Shown here in pieces: positions 18,960-28,369 of a stretch of DNA of 64,000 nt (the first letter of the stretch is position 1; every line of letters starts with the position of its first letter). The stretch lies in the NCBI GenBank assembly GCA_043805415.1, contig JAZDHZ010000033.1, forward strand, positions 25,600 through 89,599, written 5' to 3'. The translations under genes were made by a program, and so were the position numbers. Source of the stretch: Candidatus Omnitrophota bacterium (GTDB lineage: Bacteria > Omnitrophota > Gorgyraeia > B26-G9). Under the pieces are notes generated by a model. It was not told the DNA's origin. It was given only the letters and a program-made list of their open reading frames with translations, and did no database searches.

Positions 18960-19916
18960 ATGATTCATGCAAGAAAAAAGTTAGCAAAAAAGCGTATTTT
19001 TATTACTGGTGCCAAAGGTTTCGTGGGCAGAAATCTTGAGGAATATCTTAAGAAACAAAATAACTATGAATTGTTTTGTCCTTCACATAGTGAGTTGGAA
19101 TTGCTGGATCCAGAGCAAGTAGAACAATATATAATTTCTAATAAAATAGAGGTGATTATTCATTCGGCTAATCGGGGAGGTTCGCGTAAAGAAGGATATA
19201 ATAATATCGGCACTGATGTATTTTATAAAAATGTGCGCATGTTTTTTAATTTAGCGCGGACTGTTAAAAAAGGAATTAAAATGCTCCATCTGGGTAGCGG
19301 TGCTGAGTTTGATCGGCGAAATTATATTCCGAAGATGAGAGAAGATTATTTTGATACCTTTGTGCCTGAGGATGATTATGGGTTCTCAAAATATGTTTGT
19401 AATAAATTTATAATGAATACAACGGATTCTGTAATAAATTTACGTCTTTTTGCCAATTTTGGAAAATATGAAGATTATGAGTTCAGATTTATTTCAAACT
19501 CAATATTAAAAAATTTGCTGGGGCTTCCAATTACTATCCGTCAGAATGTTAAATTTGAATTTTTATACGTAAATGATTTAGTCAGGATAATAGAGTATTT
19601 TATCAATAATTATGCTAAGTATAAAGCCTATAATATCGCGACGGGAAAACCAGTTGATTTAGTTTCGATTGCGGAGAAGATTAATAAAACATCTAAAAAC
19701 CCTACAGAAGTAATTGTATGCAATCCCGGATTGAATAATGAATATACCGCTGATAATACACGATTGATGGAAGAATTAAAAGATTTCAAGTTCACTCCTA
19801 TTGAAAAGTCGATACGGCAGCTGTATGAGTGGTATAAGGATAATTTAAATTCTCTGAATATAGATAGTGTTATAAAAGATAAATATATTAACGCTTGCCG
19901 GGTTAGGAAAGAATAG
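18960..19916 (+). CDS. NAD(P)-dependent epimerase/reductase (SDR), CDP-paratose/abequose synthase- or YerF-like ketoreductase candidate
   Basis: ITGAKGFVGRNL Rossmann motif, about 300 aa, next to E1 and the YerE-like gene. Confidence 0.55.
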   Translation: MIHARKKLAKKRIFITGAKGFVGRNLEEYLKKQNNYELFCPSHSELELLDPEQVEQYIISNKIEVIIHSANRGGSRKEGYNNIGTDVFYKNVRMFFNLARTVKKGIKMLHLGSGAEFDRRNYIPKMREDYFDTFVPEDDYGFSKYVCNKFIMNTTDSVINLRLFANFGKYEDYEFRFISNSILKNLLGLPITIRQNVKFEFLYVNDLVRIIEYFINNYAKYKAYNIATGKPVDLVSIAEKINKTSKNPTEVIVCNPGLNNEYTADNTRLMEELKDFKFTPIEKSIRQLYEWYKDNLNSLNIDSVIKDKYINACRVRKE

Positions 19917-19918
19917 TT

Positions 19919-21241
19919 ATGGATAAAAGGGGGAAACTGCGTAAGCAGATTCTAAAAAAAGTAAAGGAATATCATAAAGCGGGTGTACGAGTTCCTTTTA
20001 TTCCAGGGAAATCTAATGTGCCTTATGCCGGTCGAGTGTTTGATGAAAAAGAACTGGTCAATCTAGTTGATGCTTCTTTAGATTTTTGGCTTACTGCCGG
20101 CAGGTTTGCGGATAAATTTGAAAAGGGTCTTGCTGATTTCTTAGGAGTGAAATATTGTCTTTTGACAAATTCAGGTTCTTCTGCTAATCTTCTGGCAATA
20201 TCCGCGTTAACTTCTCCTTTATTGAAAAAACGCCAGCTAAAGGCTGGAGATGAAGTTATTACTACTGCTTGCGGATTTCCAACAACGCTTAATCCTATTT
20301 TGCAAAATAATTTAGTTCCAGTGTTTGTGGATGTGCAATTGGGTAATTACAATATTGATGTTAGCTGTATTGAGAAAGCTGTTTCAAAAAAAACAAAAGC
20401 GATTTTTGTTCCCCATACTCTGGGGAATCCGTTTGATCTTGATAAGGTTTTAAAGATCGCAAAAAAATACGGATTATTTGTTATTGAAGATAATTGCGAT
20501 GCTCTTGGATCAAAATACAAAGGAAAATTTACCGGTACATTTGGTGATATTGCAACCTGTAGTTTTTATCCCGCGCACCATATTACAATGGGTGAAGGCG
20601 GGTCCTTGCTGACCAATGACCCACTGCTGCATCGAATTATTCTTTCTTTTAGGGATTGGGGCCGTGATTGCTGGTGTGACCCAGGCAAGGACAATAGCTG
20701 TAAAAAACGTTTTTTGCAAAAACATGGAAACCTGCCATATGGTTATGATCATAAATATGTGTATTCACATATTGGATATAATTTAAGAGTTACAGATATG
20801 CAGGCAGCTATTGGCGTTGCTCAATTAAAAAAACTTGATTCGTATATAAAACAACGAAAAAATAATTTCGCTTATCTTTTTAAATATCTGTGTAAATTTG
20901 ATAAATACTTTATTTTGCCAAAATCATATCAAGGGACTGAACCAAGCTGGTTTGGTTTGCCCATTTTAGTAAAAAAAGACGCGCCTTTTACCAGGAACGA
21001 TATTGTTAATTATCTGGAGGAGAATAAGATTGCTACCCGAATGCTTTTTGGGGGTAATTTAACTAAACAACCGGCGTACAAAAACGCGATATATAAAGTA
21101 TCTGGGAACTTAAATAATACCGATTTAGTTATGAATAATTTATTTTGGATAGGGGTGTATCCGGGACTTACTAAAAACATGTTGAATTATATCTGTGAAA
21201 AATTTGAAATATTTTTTAAAAAAGTAATTAAAGATAAATAA
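19919..21241 (+). CDS. rfbH: CDP-6-deoxy-D-xylo-4-hexulose-3-dehydrase (E1), PMP-dependent DegT-family with [2Fe-2S] motif
   Basis: DegT/DnrJ fold with YPAHHITMGEGG (His replaces the PLP-Lys, diagnostic of E1) and a Cys cluster DWGRDCWCDPGKDNSC. Length 440 aa. Confidence 0.88.
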   Translation: MDKRGKLRKQILKKVKEYHKAGVRVPFIPGKSNVPYAGRVFDEKELVNLVDASLDFWLTAGRFADKFEKGLADFLGVKYCLLTNSGSSANLLAISALTSPLLKKRQLKAGDEVITTACGFPTTLNPILQNNLVPVFVDVQLGNYNIDVSCIEKAVSKKTKAIFVPHTLGNPFDLDKVLKIAKKYGLFVIEDNCDALGSKYKGKFTGTFGDIATCSFYPAHHITMGEGGSLLTNDPLLHRIILSFRDWGRDCWCDPGKDNSCKKRFLQKHGNLPYGYDHKYVYSHIGYNLRVTDMQAAIGVAQLKKLDSYIKQRKNNFAYLFKYLCKFDKYFILPKSYQGTEPSWFGLPILVKKDAPFTRNDIVNYLEENKIATRMLFGGNLTKQPAYKNAIYKVSGNLNNTDLVMNNLFWIGVYPGLTKNMLNYICEKFEIFFKKVIKDK

Positions 21242-21414
21242 TGCAAACGCGGTTTTACCGTAAGCGATGTTTTATACACTTGTTCGCGGGTTGTTTTTTA
21301 TTTCTCGAACTTTAGGTTGAATTTTAAAGTAGGATTATTTTAATATCATTATTTTGAATTTCTCTTAATGTCAATAATTTATAGTTAGAGAAAAACGATA
21401 AGTCTAGGTAGCGA

Positions 21415-21440
21415 TTTTAGGGTTTGGGAAAAAGGGAAAG
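21415..21440 (+). other. G-rich leader motif TTTTAGGGTTTGGGAAAAAGGGAAAG, related to the motif at 3281-3300
   Basis: Shares TAGGGTTT(A/G)GGGA with the hisF leader. Both lie just upstream of the first gene after an intergenic gap. Confidence 0.4.
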
Positions 21441-21447
21441 ATAAAGT

Positions 21448-22392
21448 ATGACCACTGAGGGGCAGGTCAGGAGGATAATGGATCCAGAAATACGGACAGA
21501 GACTTTAACCAGTTGTCCTATCTGCAATAGCGTTGTAATTTTAATGCTCCTTGAGGCGCGGGATTATGAAAGTAATCTAGGAACATATTCAATATTCAGA
21601 TGCTCAAACTGTAAAGTATGTTTTACTAACCCCAGAGTGATAGAGGAAGATATTCCAAGAATGTATACTGAGAATTTTGGCGGTGTGGATATTGCGACCT
21701 CAAGTAATGTTTCTTACATATTGAAAACACTTAAGATCCGGGGCTACTCCAGGAAAATTCTTAAGGAGTGTCATAAGAAAGAGAATTTACGAGTTCTTGA
21801 TTTAGGGTGTGGTGATGGACTTATAGCTAGCCATTTATCATTTAACAAACTGTGTGCGAGTGTTGTCGCAGCTGATTTTTCTCCCGAGGCACCGGCAATT
21901 TTCAAGAAACACCCAATAAAGAATTTATGCTATATTCAGTATCAAAAACTTTTCAATGATTGTACCGAAAAATTTGACCTTATAGTTTTGCGGCACGTAT
22001 TGGAACACACTATTTCTCCCCGTGAGTTTATTCGTTCTGCAGCCTCACTATTAGCTGATAATGGAACTATTGTCATAGAGATCCCAAATATTGATACGGT
22101 GTGGAGAAATATATTTAAGGGCAAGTATATACAATTAGACGTTCCTTTTCATTTTTTTCACTTTAATAAGCAATCATTTTACTCAACTTTTGGGGGAGAT
22201 TACAATATAAAGAGGTTTCAGTATGCTAGTATCCCTGTTTTGGGTCCGAGCTTGCTTAATTGTTTCGGTCTAAGAGTAAACAGGGTTGGATTGATGGCGA
22301 TTATGTTTTATCCAATACAATTAGTTTTTAATTTTATATTTCAAGGCTATCCTGCGATGCTAATTTCGTTACAAAATAAATCACCTGATTAG
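21448..22392 (+). CDS. Class I SAM-dependent methyltransferase with N-terminal zinc-ribbon
   Basis: CPICNS...CSNCKVCF zinc ribbon, VLDLGCGDG SAM motif I, and a C-terminal IPN...W...LDVPFHFFHF motif shared with the 30827 and 60952 paralogues. Confidence 0.75.
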   Translation: MTTEGQVRRIMDPEIRTETLTSCPICNSVVILMLLEARDYESNLGTYSIFRCSNCKVCFTNPRVIEEDIPRMYTENFGGVDIATSSNVSYILKTLKIRGYSRKILKECHKKENLRVLDLGCGDGLIASHLSFNKLCASVVAADFSPEAPAIFKKHPIKNLCYIQYQKLFNDCTEKFDLIVLRHVLEHTISPREFIRSAASLLADNGTIVIEIPNIDTVWRNIFKGKYIQLDVPFHFFHFNKQSFYSTFGGDYNIKRFQYASIPVLGPSLLNCFGLRVNRVGLMAIMFYPIQLVFNFIFQGYPAMLISLQNKSPD

Positions 22393-22487
22393 TTGTCTAC
22401 TCACAAAAACGGACAAAATGAAGACCATATTGAAGTATGTTTTGATAATTTCTTAGTTTAAAAAATAAGTTTATCCCAGAGGTAAAG

Positions 22488-23423
22488 ATGCATAAAATAA
22501 GCGTGGTAACGCCTTGTTATAATGAAGAAGAAAATGTGGAAGAATTGTATGTAAAAGTAAGAGACATATTCCACGAGCTTAAGGGGTATAGCTATGAACA
22601 TATTTTTATTGATAATGCTTCTTATGATAAAACTTTGCCGATTCTTAAGAGATTAGCCCTCAAGGATAAGAATCTTAAAATAATCGTGAATATAAAGAAT
22701 TTTGGACATATTCGTTCCCCGTATTATGGTTTGCTTCAAGCTAAAGGGAATGCTGTGATTTTTATGGCCTCTGATTTTCAGGATCCTCCTGAGTTAATTA
22801 AGACTTTTATCTCTAAATGGGAAGAAGGCTATAAAATAGTTATAGGTGTTAAGGATAAAAGTGAAGAAAATCCAGCTATGTTCGCGATAAGAAAGTTATA
22901 TTATTTGTTGATTAAGAAATTCTCATATGGGGTAAGGCAAATAGGGAATTTTACTGGATTCGGGTTGTATGACCGGTCTTTTGTAAATATTTTAAAAACT
23001 CTTAATGAGCCGTATCCATATCTACGGGGGTTAGTGGCAGACTATGGCGTGGAACTGGCAGAAGTTGAGTTTACGCAGCCTGAAAGAAAAAAAGGAGTGT
23101 CCAAGAATAATTTATATACTTTATTTGACATGGCTATGCTGGGCTTCGTAAGTTACTCTATGGTTCCATTGAGAATTGCCACTTTTTTTGGTTTCTGCGC
23201 TTCGGCAGTAAGTTTCCTTATAGCGATAATCTATTTTATATACAAGATTATTTTTTGGAATAGATTTCAATTAGGAATAGCTCCAATAATAATTGGTTTC
23301 TTTTTTCTTTTTTCTATCCAGTTATTTTTTATTGGGATAATGGGAGAATATGTAGGTGCTGTTTTTACTCAAGTAAAGGGTAGACCTTTGGTGATAGAAA
23401 AAGAGAGGATTAATTTTAACTGA
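22488..23423 (+). CDS. Polyprenyl-phosphate glycosyltransferase (GT2; GtrB/ArnC/DPM-synthase-like) with C-terminal TM helices
   Basis: ISVVTPCYNEEEN...IFIDNASYDKT...ASDFQDPPE with two C-terminal TM segments. Confidence 0.8.
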   Translation: MHKISVVTPCYNEEENVEELYVKVRDIFHELKGYSYEHIFIDNASYDKTLPILKRLALKDKNLKIIVNIKNFGHIRSPYYGLLQAKGNAVIFMASDFQDPPELIKTFISKWEEGYKIVIGVKDKSEENPAMFAIRKLYYLLIKKFSYGVRQIGNFTGFGLYDRSFVNILKTLNEPYPYLRGLVADYGVELAEVEFTQPERKKGVSKNNLYTLFDMAMLGFVSYSMVPLRIATFFGFCASAVSFLIAIIYFIYKIIFWNRFQLGIAPIIIGFFFLFSIQLFFIGIMGEYVGAVFTQVKGRPLVIEKERINFN

Positions 23424-23447
23424 ATAAAATAATGGATAATTACTGCT

Positions 23448-25052
23448 ATGAATATTAAAAATCCCAAAACCATCATTAATCCATGTTTTCTGGAAAATAA
23501 AAGCAAACTATTAAAGCTTTTTTTCATAATACCATTAGGGATCATAGTAACTGCGATCGCGTATTATCTGCTTACACAGATCTTTTACTATTTTCCCGGG
23601 GGTGTAGGTGGGAAAGAGGTATTCCTTTATCCACGTTATTGCTCTCCACAAAATGGTTTACCTTCTGGGGTATTTCATCAATGGCGACAATTAGGGCTAG
23701 TAATAATTACTGGTATTGCTAGTGTTTTTACTGCACTTTATTTGAGCAGAAATAAAAAAATCACATTAGGTAAGTTCCTCGTTGTTATATATATATTGGC
23801 TCTAACCCTAGAATTTATGTTTGTATTGCTTACTCCGAACGGGTTTGGGCATTTAGGATTACAGGCAAAATCAATTAATAATGGGATTTGGTTAAGTTTG
23901 GATGTGATTAATAATACTATTCAGCAGCGCCATTTTAATTTTGTGGATACTCTGAGATATATTTATGTAGATTTGGGAGGGAATAAGTGCGGCTATACTC
24001 TTCCCGGCACTACCCATCCTCCCGGCATTTTCCTGGTGTCAATCGCGATTTTTAGGTTGGCTACTCATATTTTTCGTTTTCTCCATAATCCATCGCTGGC
24101 TTGGGCAATTACTGTGACTTTAATAAATACTCTTTTAATTGGTATGGTTGCTTTAATTGCCAAAGAAGTATTTTCAACGCGTATTGCTAAATTAACTGCG
24201 ATCTTTCTTTTGACTGTGCCTTCTGTGTTAATGCATTTTTCTGCTATGCTGGACGGCATAGCATCTTTATTTACGGCAACCAGTGTTTTTATGATGATTA
24301 AAACTCTGAAATATTTTCGCGAAGATGCCTTCATTAGGAATAGAACAAAATCGTTTTTAATGGGTATGCTTTCTGGATTATTTTTTATGCTTTGTCTGCA
24401 AATGACTTATGGGCATGCTGTACCAATAGGTGCTTTAGTATTAGCTTTTATTGTTTTGGTTGATAAAAAAGATTTTAAAAATTTATCCATGTTTATGTTT
24501 GGGATGATTATGATCGCGCTTATGTATTTTAGTTTTGAATATTTGATAAGCCATGGAACTTCTTTTTGGTTTAAGCGGGCATTCAGAATAGCGAAAATTG
24601 TTGGCAATGGGCTTGCCAGTCGGCCATATCCTTTGTCACAAGTAGCTAATTTTGTTGTGCTTTCAGTAATGGGGGGGATTTTATTCCTTCCCGGTGTTAT
24701 TCTTGTGGTCGGGTATAGCTTTGGTTTTTTATGGCGATTGATCAAAGGGCAATTATCTTTCTCTAATTCCAGAGCTCTCTGCAGGGGTTTTTTATGGTTC
24801 TCTGCGGTATTAGCATTATCATATCTACTTTTTCAAAGGACTGTTCGCCTTGAAACGGAGAGGACATTACATTGGTTTCTTATTTTTATCTGGAGCTTGT
24901 CAGGGATATTCTTTATTTCGATTGATGCTTTCTGCAGAGAAATATTTAGAGGCATGTTTATTCGCAATAAAAAAATTGGTGTGTTAGTTTTTATTTTATT
25001 GCAGTTTGTAATAACCTTGACTTTGGCTATGAGTATTCAAGATTACTATTAA
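23448..25052 (+). CDS. Polytopic membrane protein, possible GtrC/GT-C-like partner of the preceding polyprenyl-P glycosyltransferase
   Basis: About 12-14 hydrophobic segments. The position mirrors the gtrB-gtrC / arnC-arnT arrangement. I recognised no specific motif. Confidence 0.35.
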   Translation: MNIKNPKTIINPCFLENKSKLLKLFFIIPLGIIVTAIAYYLLTQIFYYFPGGVGGKEVFLYPRYCSPQNGLPSGVFHQWRQLGLVIITGIASVFTALYLSRNKKITLGKFLVVIYILALTLEFMFVLLTPNGFGHLGLQAKSINNGIWLSLDVINNTIQQRHFNFVDTLRYIYVDLGGNKCGYTLPGTTHPPGIFLVSIAIFRLATHIFRFLHNPSLAWAITVTLINTLLIGMVALIAKEVFSTRIAKLTAIFLLTVPSVLMHFSAMLDGIASLFTATSVFMMIKTLKYFREDAFIRNRTKSFLMGMLSGLFFMLCLQMTYGHAVPIGALVLAFIVLVDKKDFKNLSMFMFGMIMIALMYFSFEYLISHGTSFWFKRAFRIAKIVGNGLASRPYPLSQVANFVVLSVMGGILFLPGVILVVGYSFGFLWRLIKGQLSFSNSRALCRGFLWFSAVLALSYLLFQRTVRLETERTLHWFLIFIWSLSGIFFISIDAFCREIFRGMFIRNKKIGVLVFILLQFVITLTLAMSIQDYY

Positions 25053-25070
25053 TTATAGTAAGGATAATAT

Positions 25071-26594
25071 ATGGTTACGAGAACTAATAAGGCTATTAAA
25101 GGCACAAGTGTGAGTTTTCTGCAATATGGTTTGCAGATTGTGCTACAAGCTATACTCATGCCTTTAATATTAAAAATAGCCGGGAGAGAAACATTAGGCG
25201 CGTATGCTATTCTAATGCAGGTTATCGGCTACGGAATTCTTTTAGATTTGGGATTTGGAGCAGCCTTAGGCAGATATTTAGCCCAAGCTTTTGGTTTTGA
25301 TGATAATGGTGTTAGATTTGTTCAAACTTTTAATATAGGGCGAACGTTTTACTTATTTACTAACTTAATATTTGGTTTGTTAGTTATTATTTTCAGTTTT
25401 TATGTTAATAAGTTTTTACTTGTTGATGAGAGAATTCTTGCGCAGGCACGATTATCTTTGTATCTATATGGATTGTGGATAATAATTCGCACTCCGCTTG
25501 TTATTTATAATTACAACTTAAATGCTACCCAAAATATGTCTGCTTCAAATCTTATCGCTATTTTAGGAAACGCGAGCAGGTTGATTTTTTCTTTAATTCT
25601 TGTTTTTATGAAGGCAGGGCTGGTTGGGTTGATATCAGCAAACATAATAGCTGAAATAGTAATTTCGGGGTGTAGTTTCATGTACTTCAAAAAAATATTT
25701 CCAATTTATAAGTTTGGCTGGGGGATAAGGGATTGGACATTATTTAAGGATATGTTTGTTTTTGGCAGAAGATATTGGGGAGTTAATGTCGCAGGTTTAT
25801 TAATGTTTGGTACTGATAATATGATTGTGGGCTATTTATACGGAGCAGCAATAGCGTCAGTTTACTACACCACTAAAATACCTGTATTTTTATTATTTCA
25901 AGCAATCTTTAAATTATCTGAAAATGCTTCTCCTGCGGCAAATGAATTATTCGCGAGAAAAAATTTTACTGCGTTACATAATGCTTATTTTAGGTTAATG
26001 CGATATTCAATGCTTTTGGTTGTGCCGCTGGCTTTGGGAATAATAAGTATGAATAGATTATTGGTTTCTGTCTGGGTTAGCCCCCAGCAATACGCAGGTG
26101 ATCTTATGACTATTTCTTGTGCGATTTTTGCAATTGCCGCAGTGTTTAATAATGTAAACGCTACAATTGTTGTTGTTTTTAACAATATACGCGATTGGTC
26201 TACTGTATCGATTGTATCGGGAATAGCGGGTTTATTATTAGCATTACTTTTAGGTAAGTCTTTGGGTTTTCAAGGGGTCGCTGTTTCAATAGTTTTAACT
26301 TGTTTGCCTAGTTTAATATTTCTCTTGCGCCGTAGTATGCAATCTCTTAGAATTAATTTTGCACAATTATGGAAAGAAGTGTATAAACCAACAATAATTT
26401 CCAGTATTCCTATAGCGATATTGACTATCATTATAAAGTATTATCAGGTAACACCTTCAGTTAGAGCTCTATTTATGCTCACTGGGCTATATGTCATATT
26501 CTGGATTATTGGAGTTTACAGCTTTGGTATAAATGATAAAGAGCGGAATACTATTAACCATTATTTGCAATTAAAGTTTGCGGGGAATATATGA
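25071..26594 (+). CDS. Wzx-like polysaccharide flippase (MOP superfamily), second copy
   Basis: 507 aa, about 12-14 TM, with an N-terminus typical of Wzx/polysaccharide biosynthesis protein families. Confidence 0.6.
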   Translation: MVTRTNKAIKGTSVSFLQYGLQIVLQAILMPLILKIAGRETLGAYAILMQVIGYGILLDLGFGAALGRYLAQAFGFDDNGVRFVQTFNIGRTFYLFTNLIFGLLVIIFSFYVNKFLLVDERILAQARLSLYLYGLWIIIRTPLVIYNYNLNATQNMSASNLIAILGNASRLIFSLILVFMKAGLVGLISANIIAEIVISGCSFMYFKKIFPIYKFGWGIRDWTLFKDMFVFGRRYWGVNVAGLLMFGTDNMIVGYLYGAAIASVYYTTKIPVFLLFQAIFKLSENASPAANELFARKNFTALHNAYFRLMRYSMLLVVPLALGIISMNRLLVSVWVSPQQYAGDLMTISCAIFAIAAVFNNVNATIVVVFNNIRDWSTVSIVSGIAGLLLALLLGKSLGFQGVAVSIVLTCLPSLIFLLRRSMQSLRINFAQLWKEVYKPTIISSIPIAILTIIIKYYQVTPSVRALFMLTGLYVIFWIIGVYSFGINDKERNTINHYLQLKFAGNI

Positions 26595-27397
26595 GGCCAA
26601 TATTATCGATTGCTATCCCTACGTATAATCGTGCAAATAAACTTAAGCGTCTTTTAGAGCTATTGCAGGATCAGATTAGGGCAGCTAATTTGGTTGATCA
26701 GATTGAGGTTTTAGTTAGTGATAATGCTTCTATTGATGATACCTATGATTTAATGATGTCCGTAACTTCAATGGATAGTAAAATTAAGTATTTCCGGCAG
26801 CAGGAAAATTTAGGATTTGATGGTAATTGTAGATTTCTCTATGATCAAGCGAAAGCGGATTATGTTTGGTTTTTCGCTGATGATGATATCCCTTTCCCTT
26901 GTTCTTTGCCAATAATTTTAGAGGGATTACGGAATAATAATCCGGATGTACTTATTTTTTCTTTTGAGCAGCCCATGGGAAAAAGAAACAATGCTTTTAA
27001 TTTTTTAAATAAATATGAAATACTTACTGAACCGCATAGAATAATAGAACTTATTTCAATATGGCCGAAAATCAGCACTTATGTTATGCGGAAAATACGC
27101 TTAAACTCTCTGCAGTGGAAAGAACTAGAACCGTTTTTGGAAAATGGCTTTTTTTTCCTTGACCTTGCATTTTCGATTATGGATACTAGTAAATATCCGA
27201 AATTGTGTGTTATTTCGCAGGCATTAGCGAGTTGTGATGAAGATTATATGAATTTTACTTTTGATCCTAAGATTTTTTTTGAATCATATAAGATTTTTTA
27301 CCATCCTTTTGTTGCTAAATATTTACCTGGTTTGGCTGAAAGTAAAAAGATCGCTCATACTGCGATGGTATACAATTTATTTTTGCCGCTAAATTAG
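26591..27397 (+). CDS. Family 2 glycosyltransferase
   Basis: LSIAIPTYNRANKLKRLLELL...LVSDNASIDDT and a DDD motif. Confidence 0.75.
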   Translation: MRPILSIAIPTYNRANKLKRLLELLQDQIRAANLVDQIEVLVSDNASIDDTYDLMMSVTSMDSKIKYFRQQENLGFDGNCRFLYDQAKADYVWFFADDDIPFPCSLPIILEGLRNNNPDVLIFSFEQPMGKRNNAFNFLNKYEILTEPHRIIELISIWPKISTYVMRKIRLNSLQWKELEPFLENGFFFLDLAFSIMDTSKYPKLCVISQALASCDEDYMNFTFDPKIFFESYKIFYHPFVAKYLPGLAESKKIAHTAMVYNLFLPLN

Positions 27398-27605
27398 GGA
27401 CTTTAATTACTTCAAAGCCTGAGTTGCTTGATATCGGACTTAAGAACGCAGGTATTCGTGTGTTTATTTTACTTAAGAATTTAAAAACACTAGGTCAGTT
27501 TTTGCTTATAAAAATGAATTTAATTAAAACGTATATGTTAATGAAACCTTTAATTAGTTTTTTTAGAATTCGATTGCTAAGCGGTAGAAAATCTTCAGGA
27601 GGAGT

Positions 27606-28367
27606 ATGAAAAAAGTAGCCATGATGTTTTATCGTTTATTAATTCCGATGCTTGACCCTTTGCAGTTAATTCGAGGTTTATTTGCTTATCCAGGGTATAT
27701 AAGGGATTGGTTAAGTTATGCCAGTATGCATGGTGCTGAGATGCTGTCTATTTTCGATGCCCAGCCGCAATTGCATGAACGTACTGAAGTTACCAAAGTT
27801 GATGCCCATTATTTCTATAGCAGCGGTTGGGTTATGCGACGCATATTAGCTAATCATCCATTGCGGCATGTAGATATTGGTTCATCGGTTATGTATGTTA
27901 ATCTTCTTAGCGCAGTGCTTCCTGTAACTTTTGTGGATTATCGTCCTTTAGACGCGAGTATAGAGGGTTTAACTAACTGCAGCGGAGATATTCTTAACTT
28001 GCCTTTTAAGGATCGTTCGATTAATTCTCTTTCCTGTTTGCATGTGGCTGAACATGTTGGTTTGGGCCGATATGGTGATGCCCTTAATCCTTATGGGACT
28101 CAACAGGCTTGTGCTGAGTTAATGCGGGTATTGTCTCCGGGAGGTTATCTCTATTTTGCCCTGCCGGTTGGTAAACAGAGGGTATGTTTTAATGCCCACA
28201 GAATCTATAGTCCAAAGACGATAGTTGATTATTTTGCAGGCCTTGAACTCGTAGAGTTTTCCGGAGTTCATGATAATGGGTGTTTTGTTGAACAAGTGGG
28301 CTTGGATGAATTTTTTAAATGCCGCTACGCTTGTGGGATGTTTATATTTAAAAAAAAGGCTGATTAA
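27606..28367 (+). CDS. DUF268-family predicted SAM-dependent methyltransferase
   Basis: VDIGSS...LPFKDRSINSLSCLHVAEHVGLGRYGD matches the DUF268 pattern (class I MT-like). Strong RBS GGAGGAG. Confidence 0.55.
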   Translation: MKKVAMMFYRLLIPMLDPLQLIRGLFAYPGYIRDWLSYASMHGAEMLSIFDAQPQLHERTEVTKVDAHYFYSSGWVMRRILANHPLRHVDIGSSVMYVNLLSAVLPVTFVDYRPLDASIEGLTNCSGDILNLPFKDRSINSLSCLHVAEHVGLGRYGDALNPYGTQQACAELMRVLSPGGYLYFALPVGKQRVCFNAHRIYSPKTIVDYFAGLELVEFSGVHDNGCFVEQVGLDEFFKCRYACGMFIFKKKAD

Positions 28368-28369
28368 AT

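Noticed and set aside
21242-21330. Possible intrinsic terminator after rfbH
   Set aside because: Only imperfect short complementarity (TTCGCGGG...TCTCGAA) before the T-run. It is not convincing as a stable stem-loop.
27575-27590. ops/JUMPstart-like element (aGCGGTAGaaaa) in the leader of the 27606 gene
   Set aside because: It matches only 7 of 8 bases of the GGCGGTAG core and lacks the downstream GTG. RfaH/ops is characteristic of proteobacteria, and the overall sequence character does not suggest a proteobacterium. Probably coincidental.
27424-27609. 61-aa ORF in the 208-bp gap upstream of the DUF268 methyltransferase
   Set aside because: Low-complexity hydrophobic and basic composition, no RBS, and it overlaps the strong GGAGGAG RBS of the downstream gene. 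More likely a leader or promoter region.
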